From an uncultured Gemmatimonadales bacterium (lineage in GTDB: Bacteria; Gemmatimonadota; Gemmatimonadetes; Longimicrobiales; Longimicrobiaceae), in assembly GCA_963716255.1 (NCBI GenBank), contig OY970303.1, positions 2,368,001 to 2,432,000 on the forward strand: a stretch of DNA of 64,000 nucleotides, written 5' to 3'. The DNA itself is not shown here. More notes on this DNA, generated by a model. That model did no database searches. It had not been told where the DNA came from and saw nothing but the letters and a program-made list of their open reading frames with translations. The first letter of the stretch is position 1.

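Noticed and set aside
63958..63960. Start codon of gene A as given by the ORF track
   Set aside because: It is an internal GTG (Val) within a C domain; the frame is open to the window edge.

Overview
The whole 64 kb window is the interior of a giant, very GC-rich non-ribosomal peptide synthetase (NRPS) assembly line on the minus strand. Gene A (22696..>64000, at least 13,754 aa, 5'-truncated by the window) has 13 C-A-T modules (called M1-M13 here). After a 34-bp spacer, gene B (<1..22661, at least ~7,550 aa, 3'-truncated and absent from the ORF track because it has no stop in the window) has 7 more modules (M14-M20) and the start of a 21st C domain. All C domains look LCL-type and all T domains are GGHS. 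No epimerisation, methyltransferase, heterocyclisation, reductase or thioesterase domain is seen. Specificity codes read by eye against GrsA positions suggest: X(Ala-clade)-X(Ala-clade)-Leu?-Leu?-Ile-X-basic?-acidic?-acidic?-X-(Aad/Glu-type)-Gly-acidic? | Leu?-Val-Ile-acidic?-Arg?-basic?-acidic?-. Notable points: an unfamiliar A-domain type (DAAK[V/I]GGIRK, five copies); an Arg just after the catalytic motif only in C domains that receive this residue as donor; a Lys2/aminoadipate-reductase-like A domain used in an elongation module; an apparent fossil docking-domain gene fusion inside gene A; and many near-identical kb-scale internal repeats. The long plus-strand ORFs are antisense shadows. 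No RNA genes, mobile elements or CRISPR arrays were seen.
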